Source: Eledone cirrhosa
Taxonomy: Eukaryota
Length of the DNA stretch: 64,000 nt
Direction of reading: 5' to 3'
Assembly: GCA_964016885.1 (NCBI GenBank)
Contig: OZ024741.1
Span: 95,356,001-95,420,000, forward strand
Part shown: piece by piece, positions 1-14,312 of the stretch
Layout of the letters: the number at the start of each line of letters is the position of its first letter
Position numbering within the stretch: the first letter of the stretch is position 1
The notes under the pieces: generated by a model
Seen by the model: the letters and a program-made list of their open reading frames with translations, nothing else
Databases searched by the model: none
Told to the model about the DNA's origin: nothing
Program-made: the position numbers and the translations under genes

Positions 1-277
1 TATACATACAGATATATATGTGTGTGTGTGTGTGTGTGTGTATATACATGAGTGTGCGTAATTAAAAATGAGTATCTGAAGAGGAACGAAAGGGAACCTC
101 AGTTATATAAGGTACTCAATATATTAATAGACAAGGTGCATATTTAATTCACATAGAAATGATTTCTACAAAACTGCAACTGTTTCATTCAATTGAAACC
201 ACTGTGGAAGACAAATAATTACTTGATTTTCCTGATGGTTTCAAACTAATAAAGCTGCTCTAGTTCTGTTGAGGTTG

Positions 278-1305
<1,028 letters not shown>

Positions 1306-1597
1306 GTTCAAGAGTAACCAATCTTAAAGAGAGAGATGGAGATAGGAGAGGAGAGATTGGTGAATTAGTTAGAAGCCAAAGCGTAAAGGCATGTGCTCAA
1401 TGTGCAATATGCAGTGGAAGGCAGCTAGGTGGCTGGGTTCATGCAGAGGTTAGGTGCACGATCTCACACAATACAGCCTCGACAGAAGAATACTTCTCCA
1501 GTATGGCAGACAATTGATATACCCAGGACACCATAGTGAAATACCAACATCTGCAACATTACATTTATGTAACATTCTTTTCTTATTTTAATTTATA

Positions 1598-1730
1598 TTC
1601 CTTTTGAAGTTCCGATGAGCTGCTCTATTTCTACCTATGTTAATTATTTTCAACTGAACCAGATCAATAATGATATATAATCATTTGATCCAGAAATATT
1701 ATATGGAGTAGCGAAACAATTGTAAATGGA
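1598..1730 (+). ncRNA. Type I hammerhead-ribozyme-like motif with long stem II (probably a decayed Penelope-like remnant)
   Basis: CCGATGA (1612-1618), G-CTGCTCTAT ... ATGGAGTAG-C stem II, GAAA-C-AATT-G-TA with palindromic stem III; stem I weak. Confidence 0.55.
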
Positions 1731-2158
1731 CATTATTATTATTAATATTATTATTATTATTCTCTACATTCTTTTATATCAAACTAAAATATGTTGACAA
1801 TCTTTTAATAATGTCTTCCTTGTGAAATCTGTGGTCTTGTTTTGCTTAACTAATGAATATATATATATATATATATATTTAAATCATTATCATTTAACAT
1901 TCATTTTCCTTACTAGCAAGAGCTGGACAGTCTGTTGCCGACTGAGTCTCTACTCAAGCAGCTACTGATCTCTCAAATGGGCCAGGGTTCTGTATATCAC
2001 TTACTTATGTTCTTGCACTCTACCAGGTGTTCAAGTGGCCAGGAGCCCACACCTCACTTACAAGTGCATTTTATCATAGCACCAGCACCTGAGAGGTTGT
2101 CATGTCTTTGAGACAGTGCTGGAGAGTCCCCTCAGCATATATATATATATATATATAT

Positions 2159-2488
2159 GGAGGCACATGGATTAGTGGTTAGAGCATTGGCCTTGCAATC
2201 GAAAGGTTGTGAGTTCAATTCTCAGACCGGCTGATGTGTTGTTTCCTTGAGCAAGATACTTTATTTCACATTGCTCCAGTTTACTCAGCTGTAGAAATGA
2301 GATGATAGGGGTCCCTCTCATTCCACTGCAAAGTGGTCGTGGAGGTGCCACGGCAAAAAAGCACCCAGCACTCACTGTAAATGAGGTTGGTGTTAGGAAG
2401 GGCATCCAGCTGTAGAAATCAAGCCAGAATCACTTCCCGTCCCACCCTTGCAAGCAGGGAAAAGCGGACGTAAAATGATGATGATGAT
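2159..2488 (+). mobile_element. tRNA-derived SINE family A (RTE-type tail)
   Basis: A box TGGATTAGTGG, B box GAGTTCAATTC, CORE-like TTTCCTTGAGCAAGATACTT, tail CCCTTGCAAGCAGGGAAAAGCGGACGT-(ATG)n; closely similar copies at 14594, 20336, 42743. Confidence 0.9.
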
Positions 2489-3098
2489 ATATATATATAT
2501 ACATATATACAGAGAGGGAGAGAGATTGGGAGTTGCCAGTTTAGATTCATAAGACCATTGTTCATCTTAGTACTCAACACTATTAGAAAGTAGCGTGTAG
2601 GTACTTTAATGAGCTTCTGCCCAACAGCTGAGCTCTTGCTGTCAAGCAGTAATGCAAGTATACTAACTGGATTTACCTCTGCACTACCTTTCACTAATCT
2701 GGATATTGAAAAAAACCACATCTCAGCTTTAAATATTTGAATGTCTTATACTGTTGTATCATCAACTTATGTAATTTACCATATATGCATATACACACAT
2801 GTATTTCTTTATTTTATTATAGTCATTCATATGAAACCATCTAGACAGTCAGGCAATTTTTGTCAGCTTTTGATCCACCTATTATACATATACATAATCC
2901 ATTTGTCTGTTTCTCTACCATTGAAAATAATATATAGTGTATAGTGACAGTTATTGAGTATTGGTGCTTTAATCATACATAACTTCTGACATCATTAGTT
3001 TCACATGTATTATAACTAAATGTAATCAGTCCTTAGACTAAATCTTTGATATCAACAGAAATTTTATTTATTTGTTTACTGATTAGTTGAAATGTATG

Positions 3099-3164
<66 letters not shown>

Positions 3165-3465
3165 CAATTGTCTCCTTGTGTTTGTGGGAGTTACGTTCCT
3201 AGAGCACCCATGAAAAGTGAAAAACCGCAAATATTGGATGAGGTCCATAAAAATGCCTATAAACGTCAAAATATGTAAAATATAATAATAAAAAAAGAGG
3301 GAGTGTCTTATGCATCCAATAGGCCGGCAAATACGGTATATTGTTATTAATATTAATTTAGCGTTAAAAAATATATATATTGCCATGAAAAAAGCCATTT
3401 AAAAAATCGCAGTAGATATTTACTATTCCGTATAACCGGGACCACGAAAGCTGGCGAGTACACTG
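3165..3465. mobile_element. Decayed pogo/Tigger-like MITE
   Basis: Imperfect termini CAATTGTCTCC..TTTGTGGGAGTTACGTTCC / ACCACGAAAGCTGGCGAGTACACTG resemble Tigger-type ends; preceded by TA. Confidence 0.45.
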
Positions 3466-3740
3466 TGTGTGTGTGTGTGTGTGTGTGTATAGTCACTTCT
3501 GCCTGTTTTACCATTTTTATCTCTTTTAAAGTCTAGTCTACTGGTTATCTTCATCATTTTATGATTTCAATATTTTAGTTGGTATTTTGACACTAAGCTC
3601 TTCACCTTCTGATGATTCGCCCTATAATCTAACTGCCAATGTTACTCTTAAACATTAACACTAAAGCAAACACGATTCTCCATTTAAGCTTCCCATTCCA
3701 TATATATATATATGTATGTGTGTATATGTATGTATATGTG

Positions 3741-3787
<47 letters not shown>

Positions 3788-5263
3788 ATGTATATGTATA
3801 TAATGTATTTGCTAGCAAGGAAAGCAGACATTAAAAGATGATAACACACATACACACACATATATATATAGAGAGAGAGATCTGTCTGTGTGTATAATCT
3901 CATATAAAACAAACCAAACAGGCACAAGAAAAGAAAAAAAAAGAAAGATTAATACATTACACGCATACATATACACACATATATACATGCATACACAAAC
4001 CTGTGTGTAGAAAAATAGAAACATTTTATTCTGATGGATGCTCATTAGTGATGATAACAAAGTAAATCCTAAATCCTACTTGTGCCTTTTGGGGTAGGAT
4101 TTGGAGGTGGGGGCTTTGCTTATGGTAAACACTTATGTTGTTTATTTGTTTATTCCAAGCTAAACTATGTTTTCTATGTAGCTTCACATAGATGAATATT
4201 CTTGCCCACTTGAGATTACCAATAATTCCAATGCAAATTAAAAGAATCAGATAATTCTTTCTCTGTCTAATTAACCAAATTAAAGTGATATGGCTTCATT
4301 TAATTGCTTTCATTTCTTCAATTTGCTTCAATTTCTGTTTGTCTTCCCTTTTGTGATATGTGTGATAAGTAGAGTGGGTGAGTGGGAAAATTTCAAGTTC
4401 CATCTGAAGAAGGTTTGTATCTTAGTGGTTAGGGTTTTGGGTTCACAATCATAAGGTCATAAGTTTGATTCCCAGACAAGGTGGTGCTTCATTTCATATT
4501 TCTCCAACTTACTCAGTTAAAAGTGAGCACCAGTGGCAACTAGGGGTTCACCTTGTAATGGATTGGTAGACTCTTAATTTTTCATGAGATTGGGATAAGT
4601 TCCAATCTTTATTTATCCCATGCAAGCATGGACAAATACCCCCCCCCCCCCCAAAAAAAAAAAACGTAACCTTTTTGATAACAGCTTGCTCAAAACTGCC
4701 ACTTAAAGATTTCCTATTTAAATTAAAATCTTTCAGTATAATTTAAAGAAATCTTTTTGATAAGTTTCTATCTTAATGAAATAATTAATAATTTCAATAA
4801 ATTTCTCTAAAACTCTAAAATCTTCATTATTTAATTGAAATAAGTGTATTTCATTAGAAATATGGTAAATCCTGTGGTCATTTGTGACAGAAGGGGGTCT
4901 TTACCCCTTATTGTGTATAGATTCATATATGTCTTTATCAACTAAAGGGTAATACATTAAGAAAAGACAAGATAGCCATAGCTAGAATACCTTTGATATT
5001 AGATCTGCACAAGGAAGGCAACCTAAATCTAAACAATCACAACATATATGTGTTTTGTGTTCAATTCCAGATTAGATTCTCATTTAAATTCCTTTATAAA
5101 TTGCAGTGTTATGATTTTAATTGCTATTAATCATAGCTGACAGCAATTGCCAAGATAGCTTTACTAATGCAGAGTAGAAACAAAAGCTGTTGTTGTTTAG
5201 CTCCAGGTCAGTCTTGATCAAGTAAACTCACCATCAAAGCTGTGACCGTGCTGTCTTTATTAA

Positions 5264-5471
5264 CCCTTTAGCATTTAAACTGGCCATATCCAGCCAGAAT
5301 TCTCTCATCTCTTTCTGTTAAAACTGGCCATAACCAGCCACTCATACAGACATTGAGGTATTGTTCTTAAAATGAATAATATCAAAATCTCATAGATTCG
5401 ATATTATGTGAGATAAAACCTTTCCCACGAAAATGTAATAGTAAATATAGAGTAATGTAAATGCTAAAGGG
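5264..5471. mobile_element. piggyBac-type MITE family 1 (~210 bp)
   Basis: TTAA|CCCTTTAGCATTTA ... TAAATGCTAAAGGG|TTAA: 14-bp TIRs with TTAA TSD; seven copies in the window. Confidence 0.88.
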
Positions 5472-8230
5472 TTAAAGCTGCCATTAAAAAAAAATTAACA
5501 TAGTTGGTTGTGGTTTAACCCTTTCAATATCAAGCAGTCCAAGACTACTGGTTCTATGATACAAGCAACCTATTTTCAAGAATTCATATTTAAATCATTA
5601 CCTCTGTATTTATGTAAGAACTTGGTGTTCCAAAGTAAAAGTAAAATTTTTTGATTATTTTCAAAATTTTCCAGGTGGGGCTATTAAGTTAGACATGGCC
5701 TGGGCCAATACTGGCCAAAATCTATCAGTTATTTAAGTGAAACATATAGACAATGTATTTTATTAGAAATATAGTCACAAAGAAATTAAGGGAGATTTGG
5801 CTACTATTTCTTGCAGTGTGGGCAATCATAGAGGTTCCCTTGTTGGTTCTAGTAAAAAATAGTGAAATCTGTGTAAGTTATGTTTTACACTCTGCAACTG
5901 TGCATCTTACATATGGTTAATATAACTGAAACAAACACACATACATGTATACACATACATGTATGTATATATGGATGGACACACATACATGTATACATGC
6001 ACACATACATGTATGTATATATGGATGGACTGTACACATGCATGTTTTCATTAGTAGATGTACACATTTGTACAGAAAAAACCAGTACACACATGTACAC
6101 AAACACCATGCACACACATATATATATACACATACACACACAAACACCAAACTCACACATGCATATACATGTTCACACACACACACAAAAGTGCTTTCTG
6201 ATCACATTGCCTTTCCTCCTATTATTCACATGGCAGATGTTCAAAAGAAATTTCTTTGTAATGTTCCACTAGCCAACCATATAACTTCACCTAACATGCC
6301 TTCACTACACACCATACAGACATACACTCTAGCATAGAATATAACATGTTATGTATGAAACACATGATTATATGTGTGTGTGTGTAGTAGTAGTAGGAGT
6401 AGTAGTAGTTGTAGTGTATCATATGTTAGTTTATATAACACATTGGTAAAACAATATCTGATATAGAACTCATACAAAGTGTAGAATCAAAGAGTCAAAT
6501 AGATATATTTTATATCATTATATATAACTAACATGGGGTCGATAAAATAAAGCACCAGTAATGCACTAGAGTAATTGCTGGTCTTGTGCCAAAAATAGAA
6601 ATAATTATATATGACAAACACTATCATACCTTATGATATAAATCATAACAATATATATATATCCAGTTCTACACTGTAAACGTGGTTGGTATTAGGAAGG
6701 ATATACAGCTGTAAAAAAAATGGCCAAAATACAGTTCCATATGAGCAAGGTATAGCACAGTCAAATGGCTTGACCCTCCTCAAACGGTACGCCCCAGTTC
6801 CACATTGTAAAGGTGGTTGGTGTTATGAAGGGCATCCAGCTGTAAAAAACTAGCTAAAATACAGTTCTATTTAAGCAAGGCTAAGCGCAGCCAACTAGCC
6901 AGACTTGCCTCCTAACATAGACGACCCATCTGACCCATGCTAGCATGGAAAATAAGACGTTAAACAATGATCCTGATGATGATTATTATGATATGTGTAT
7001 GTGTGTGTGTGTGTGTATATATATATACACACACACACACACACATATAAATGCGTGCGTATGTGTGTGTATATATGTAGTTCTTTTATTCTTTTACTGG
7101 TTTCAGTCATTAGATTGAAGTTTACACATACACATGCTATATTATGTTCTTAAGAACTTTTTTCTATAAAATTTGAACCTTCTTGTTAGGTGGTGTTGTG
7201 AATAATAGCCCCCTTTTTTTAAAACTATATTTCTAGGGTTTTCATTAGAAATATAGTTTAAAAAATAAAAGAATTATGTAAAAACTTTTGTTAAGTCTCC
7301 AAACACCAGCTTAATGATCCCTCAAATTCATGATTGTTTTCAAAATAATTTGAAGATAGTAATTTTGAAAATGGTCATGAATTTGGAAGCATCATTAAGC
7401 TGGTGTTTGGAACATGACTTAACAAATGTTTTTACATAAAATTATGATGGAAGGCTTTAAAACAAAGTTTCCTATCATAGAACTAGGGACAGTTGCAGGT
7501 GAGTTGATAACAAATGGATTAAGCAAAACAAGTGTAGTAAGCTTTACCATTTTATAGGCCCTATGCTCTATCTTCAAATCTCATTAGTTCAACTTAACTG
7601 AAATGATAGAATTCCTAATCCCTCTATATTCTTGCATTGCTTTATTTTCTCAAGGGTTAATAAATAATTACCAGTCACCTACTGGGTGTTAATTCCAATT
7701 GACTGTAATCCTCCTTTGAAAATGTGGGAGTCTTGTGTCAATGTAACAAATTAGTTTATATTGACATTCTTAGTTCAATTCCTGTCCAGATTGCCTTTCA
7801 TCATTCTGGAGTCTGAAATATAAAGTACCAGTCTAGTACTAGATTCTTTTTAATCAATTATATATGCCTCCCAAATTTGAAGCTTTGTGTCTATGTTAGA
7901 AATAAAAAAGTGATCAAGGGTATTGGTACAAAATGCCTTTCAGTATTTAGTTTGAGTAAGACACTTTATTTCACATTGCTCCAGTTTACTCAGCTGTAGA
8001 AATGAGATGAGAGGACTGGGGTCCCTATCATAAAATTACCCAAGACACCTCCAACGAGATATACCTTGGACGAAATAAATTGTCTTGCTCAAGGACATAA
8101 CGCATCACCCAGTCCAGGAATCGAACTTACAACCTCAGGATTGTGAATCCAATTCTCTTACCACTTAGCCACGCGCCTTCCCTCAGTCTCATAATCGTTA
8201 ATATATATATGTATGTAAATATATTTATAT

Positions 8231-8312
<82 letters not shown>

Positions 8313-8319
8313 GTATATG

Positions 8320-8364
<45 letters not shown>

Positions 8365-8494
8365 ATATATATATATATATGTATAGTAATAATAATAATA
8401 ATAATAAAATTGAAGACTAAAATCCAAAGAGGGCTCGATAAGGAAAATATATATCAAATATATAAGAACCGTAGAGCAAATATTTATTAAAATA

Positions 8495-8570
8495 ACAGAT
8501 TAAAGTTTAAGCAAAGAATCGCTGCTTTCACCCTTAACGGGATCTTCTGAAACTAACAAAGTCAATCTGT
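8495..8570 (-). ncRNA. Type I hammerhead ribozyme variant in Penelope pLTR
   Basis: Minus strand: ACAGATTGA-ctttgtt-AGTTT CAGAAGA t-CCC-gttaa-GGG-t GAAA GCA-gcgattctt-TGC TT AAACT-TTAATCTGT; all three stems pair. Confidence 0.72.
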
Positions 8571-9482
8571 AAACGCAGAACTGGATATTTCAAAAAACGT
8601 TGCAACCGGAGGAAGACAGGAAGACGATACTTTGGTTCGTGGTTACGTTCGCTGGCAAAGAACGGGAAAAAACGAATAATACGTCATTAATAGGAGCGGT
8701 GAAAAACAATTACGCGCAAAGACAAAACCACATTTATGGTATAAAAGAGGTCGTAGACTAATGTTCTCTTAGGTGGTGCATAGAGACGTTCTCTGGCAAT
8801 GAACGAAAAAACGAAGATAATAAGTCATATGTGGAGCGTGGAGAACAATAGCACGCAAAGACAAAACCACGTAAATGGTATAGCAGAAATCGTAGACTAA
8901 AATTCTAACTAGGAGACCAAATGAATCTCCGCTACAGAGTTAAGAACAAAGTAAATAAATACAATACAGAGATAATAGAAACAAATAAATACATACACGC
9001 AAACAGATACGTACATACACAAGCATACGCAAAACCTTACCATGGGTATACAAAACCACGCACATATAAATATGTGTGTGTGTGTATGCTTGTTTACAAA
9101 TAAATAAATAATTATATAAACGTATATAAGTAAATAAATACGTATATAACAAGCGTACACGCATGCCTACATATAAATACACGAATGTTCGGAGACGTAA
9201 GTCAACTAAAACAAGAAGTACGCATATACACACACCCACCATACGTACGAACCTGCACACTCACGCGGACGCAAAACTCCCGTATACACATAGCCAAACC
9301 CTAAGTACCAGAATATGTAAAAATTATACGCTATAACAGTCAAATATACGTACGAGAAGGTATACATACCTTCACAAAACATACGGGTAATATATACTTA
9401 CCTATGCAAATAAGTAAAGGAATAAACAAAACATATACTTAGCTCCCACATCAAGACGTAAAATATCCACGTATAGATCGTG

Positions 9483-9995
9483 CTATCCGTTAGGGTATAA
9501 CGTGGGGCTGTAATACAGGAAAGTTTTGTGCAATTTATGTTTACAAGCCGAAATTGCCTCAGATTTTTTGTTTAAGATGTGGTTTGTAGCGTAGAGTATT
9601 TCCAGGGCCTCAGCGGTGCAGAGGTCACATGGTCTTTTATTTCCGTTATACGATCTAGCCCTAGCTAGGATCTCCCAGTGTAACTTATGTTGGCTGTGGT
9701 TGTCTTTTAGACTCCAGATATAAGCTGAAAGTGACGTCATATTCCTTCTTAGAGGGTAACGAAAAGAATGGGTATGCATGTAAAGACGCTGCTTGAAACT
9801 ATTGGCGGTTAACACTATGTAGGCCCTACGGGATGTGGGTGTTACAACCTTACATTTGTAGACAATGTTATTAGAGAGACATTTCCCGGATAGGGGGCAA
9901 TCAGCCCGATTCCTACAATTACAGTTAGCACTAACTACAGGGTTGCACGTGTTCCTACAGCTAGGTAGTTTAGCTAAATTTGAAGCTGTGAAGTT
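9483..9995 (-). pseudogene. Penelope-like GIY-YIG endonuclease C-terminal fragment
   Basis: CNCRNRADCPLSGKCLSNNIVYKC...AYIVLTANSFKQRLYMH..TSLSAYIWSLKD..WEIL..CDLC..E..ILNKKSE..SACKH: Cys-rich linker plus GIY-YIG motifs (YIG reads YIV). Confidence 0.88.
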
Positions 9996-9999
9996 TCAG

Positions 10000-10066
10000 C
10001 TTTGTTAGTTTCAGAAGATCCCGTTAAGGGTGAAAGCAGCGATTCTTTGCTTAAACTTTAATCTGT
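10000..10066 (+). ncRNA. Inverted copy of the pLTR hammerhead (lacks distal 5' stem I)
   Basis: CTTTGTTAGTTT CAGAAGA TCCCGTTAAGGGT GAAA GCAGCGATTCTTTGC TT AAACT; reverse complement of the 8495-8561 sequence. Confidence 0.65.
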
Positions 10067-10077
10067 TATTTTAATAA

Positions 10078-11317
<1,240 letters not shown>

Positions 11318-11318
11318 A

Positions 11319-13222
11319 TCATCATCATCATCAACGTTTAACGTCCGTGTTCCACGCTTGCATGGGTTTGGACGGGGGTTTTCCCACTTGAGGCAAGAGT
11401 GATTGTTTTGCTCGCATAGGACTGTCTGGCAGGTTTTCTACAGTTGGATGTCCTTCCTAACACCAACCACATTTACAGTGTGGGTCTGAGAGGTTTTTAC
11501 CGTGTTGCCTACACGGCCACATTACAGCGTGGACTGTGTGTTTTTTTGTCGTGACACCTACACGATCTCATTTGTTTCGGCCTGGATGGTGTGGCACCAA
11601 CATAACTTTACATAGAAGGGGGCGGTGTGGATGGGGTAGGGGTAGTGGGACGGGGGTGTATTTTGTTAGAGATGCCTACTGGCTGTAGTAGGTTTTACTT
11701 TGTATTTAGGTAAGGCGGGTCTTCTCTATTACTGAGTACCGCCAAAGGTCTCGGTCCAGTGACATTGTCTTGGTGAGGTGTAAGTGTGTGAGGTCGGAGT
11801 TTATCAGCTCGTCCCAGGTTTTTCTGGGTCTGCCTATTCCGTGGCTACCGTCTATCTTTATTGGCCTCCACTTTGTTATACAGCTATCGTCCTTCATGCG
11901 CATCATGTGACCATACCAACGTAGCCTTCTCTCGAGTAAACAACATCTGATCCCTCTTATTTCTAATTTTTTCCTTAGTTCGTTTATGCTTTGTCGTTCA
12001 CGTATATTACTATTACACATCCAGCGGAGCATGCAAGCTTCGTTTCTCTCTAGTCTGCGTATATCCTCTGCACACAATGCCCAGGTCTCACTGCCATGCA
12101 ACATTGCTGTTCGTATGCAGGCATCGTACAACCTGCCTTTCATTTTTAGGGAGAACCCTTTAGCGGCTAATAGTGGTATATGCTCTCTGAACTTTTTCCA
12201 CCCAGCTCTGACTCTAGCTACTGTACTTTCAGAGCACCCTCCCCCACTGCTGATTTTGTCACCCAGGTAAGGGAAGCTGTCCACTATTTCTATAGAACCC
12301 TCTGCGCAGTTGAAAGAGCTAGTATTTTGTGGGCACTTGCTGCTACTTATTGCCCCAGAACACCGGCCACATGTAAAATCTATGTTCTTAGTTAGCTTAC
12401 CTGTGATCCCACTACATCTTTTATGCACCCAAACTTTGCATTTGGGACACAAAATGGAATTTCTACCTACGCCTTTCCTACACTCTGCGCATGGCCACTT
12501 CCCGGAGGGGACCGCCGCCTTATTTTCTTTCTTACAAACTAGAACTTTAGTCTTAGCCAGGTTAATTTTAAGGCCTTTTGATTCTAGGCCGTGCTTCCAT
12601 GTTTGGAATTTCTTCTCTAGCTTGGCCATTGATTCAGCTATGAGCGTTAGATCATCTGCGTATAGGAGTTCCCATGGGCAGCCGGTCTTGAACTCCACTG
12701 TTATAGCCTGGAGGGCAATAATAAATAGTAGGGGGCTAAGAACAGAGCCCTGATGAACACCAACTTTTACACTATACTCTTCACTATATTCGTTGTTAAT
12801 TCTAACCTTGCTGACTGTTTCTTTATACATGGCTTGTATAGCTCTCACAAGCCATTCATCAACACCTAGTTTTCTAAGAGCCCACCAGATAATGGAACGG
12901 GGGACTCTGTCGAAGGCCTTCTCCAAGTCGACGAAAGCTAAGTATAGGGGTTTACTTTTAGCTAGGTACTTCTCCTGTAGTTGTCGTACAATGAAAAGAG
13001 CGTCTGTGGTACTTTTCATTGTACGACAACTACAAACCCGAACTGCATTTCATCTAGATCAATTCGCTCTCTGATTAGTTGCGCTATTACTTTTTCCGTG
13101 ACCTTCATGACCTGGTCGATTAATTTAATGCCTCTATAGTTACTCCTATCTAGGGCATCTCCTTTACCCTTATAACAGTTAACGATGATGCTGCTACGCC
13201 AGTCCTTCGAAACAACCCCCCT
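11319..13222 (-). mobile_element. 5'-truncated RTE-clade LINE (family A)
   Basis: RT motifs [53 protein letters not shown]; C-terminal RLRWYGH..GRPRKTW; 3' UTR ends in (ATG)n. Confidence 0.96.
11706..13019 (-). pseudogene. RTE reverse transcriptase ORF remnant (437 aa) with internal C4HC3 finger
   Basis: Uninterrupted ORF with YADD; upstream part (13020-13220) is out of frame because of a local inverted duplication. Confidence 0.93.
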
Positions 13223-13272
13223 ATGTATATATATATGTATAAAGATATGTATATATGTATATATATATTTAT

Positions 13273-13304
<32 letters not shown>

Positions 13305-13319
13305 GTATATATATATTTA

Positions 13320-13362
<43 letters not shown>

Positions 13363-13366
13363 TTAT

Positions 13367-13398
<32 letters not shown>

Positions 13399-13421
13399 GT
13401 ATATATATATTTATATATGTG

Positions 13422-13461
<40 letters not shown>

Positions 13462-13696
13462 TGTATATGTATATATATATTTATATATGTGTATATATAT
13501 ATATATGAATATGTATATATATATTTATATATGTGTATATATATATTTATATATGTATTCATATATATTTATATATGTATACATATATATTTATATATGT
13601 ATATATATATATATATTTATATATGTATATATATATATTTATATATGTATATATATATTTATATATGTATACATATATATTTATATATGTATATAT
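13223..13696. repeat. (TA)n-derived microsatellite array
   Basis: Alternating TA with TTTA/TGTG interruptions. Confidence 0.97.
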
Positions 13697-14083
13697 AGTA
13701 ATAATAATAAAATTGAAGTCTAAAATCCAAAGAGGGCTCGATAAGGAAAATATATATCAAATATATAAGAACCGTAGAGCAAATATTTATTAAAATAACA
13801 GATTAAAGTTTAAGCAAAGAATCGCTGCTTTCACCCTTAACGGGATCTTCTGAAACTAACAAAGTCAATCTGTAAACGCAGAACTGGATATTTCAAAAAA
13901 CGTTGCAACCGGAGGAAGACAGGAAGATGATACTTTGGTTCGTGGTAACGTTCGCTGGCAAAGAACGGGAAAAAACGAATAATACGTCATTAATAGGAGC
14001 GGTGAAAAACAATTACGCGCAAAGACAAAACCACGTTTATGGTATCTTTGCTTAAACTTTAATCTGTTATTTTAATAAATATA
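13695..14083 (-). mobile_element. Second copy of Neptune-type pLTR with short inverted tail
   Basis: 13695-14044 is nearly identical to 8384-8741; 14045-14083 is an inverted copy of its own segment; hammerhead motif at 13798-13873. Confidence 0.88.
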
Positions 14084-14103
14084 TGTATATATATATATAT
14101 TTA

Positions 14104-14134
<31 letters not shown>

Positions 14135-14281
14135 ATGTATACATATATATTTATATATGTATATATATATATATATTTATATATGTATATATATATATAT
14201 TTATATATGTATATTTATATATATTTATACATGTATATTTATATATATATATATTTATATATGTATATATATATATATTTA

Positions 14282-14312
<31 letters not shown>

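Noticed and set aside
165-270. Possible minus-strand hammerhead (ACAGAAC..GAAACAGTTGCA GTTTTGT with TGAAACCA/TGGTTTCA stem)
   Set aside because: CUGANGA is absent and U16.1 is missing; at best a decayed remnant.
2159-2232. tRNA-Cys-like gene (GCA loop)
   Set aside because: Acceptor stem does not pair and the sequence continues into a multi-copy SINE body; it is a SINE head.
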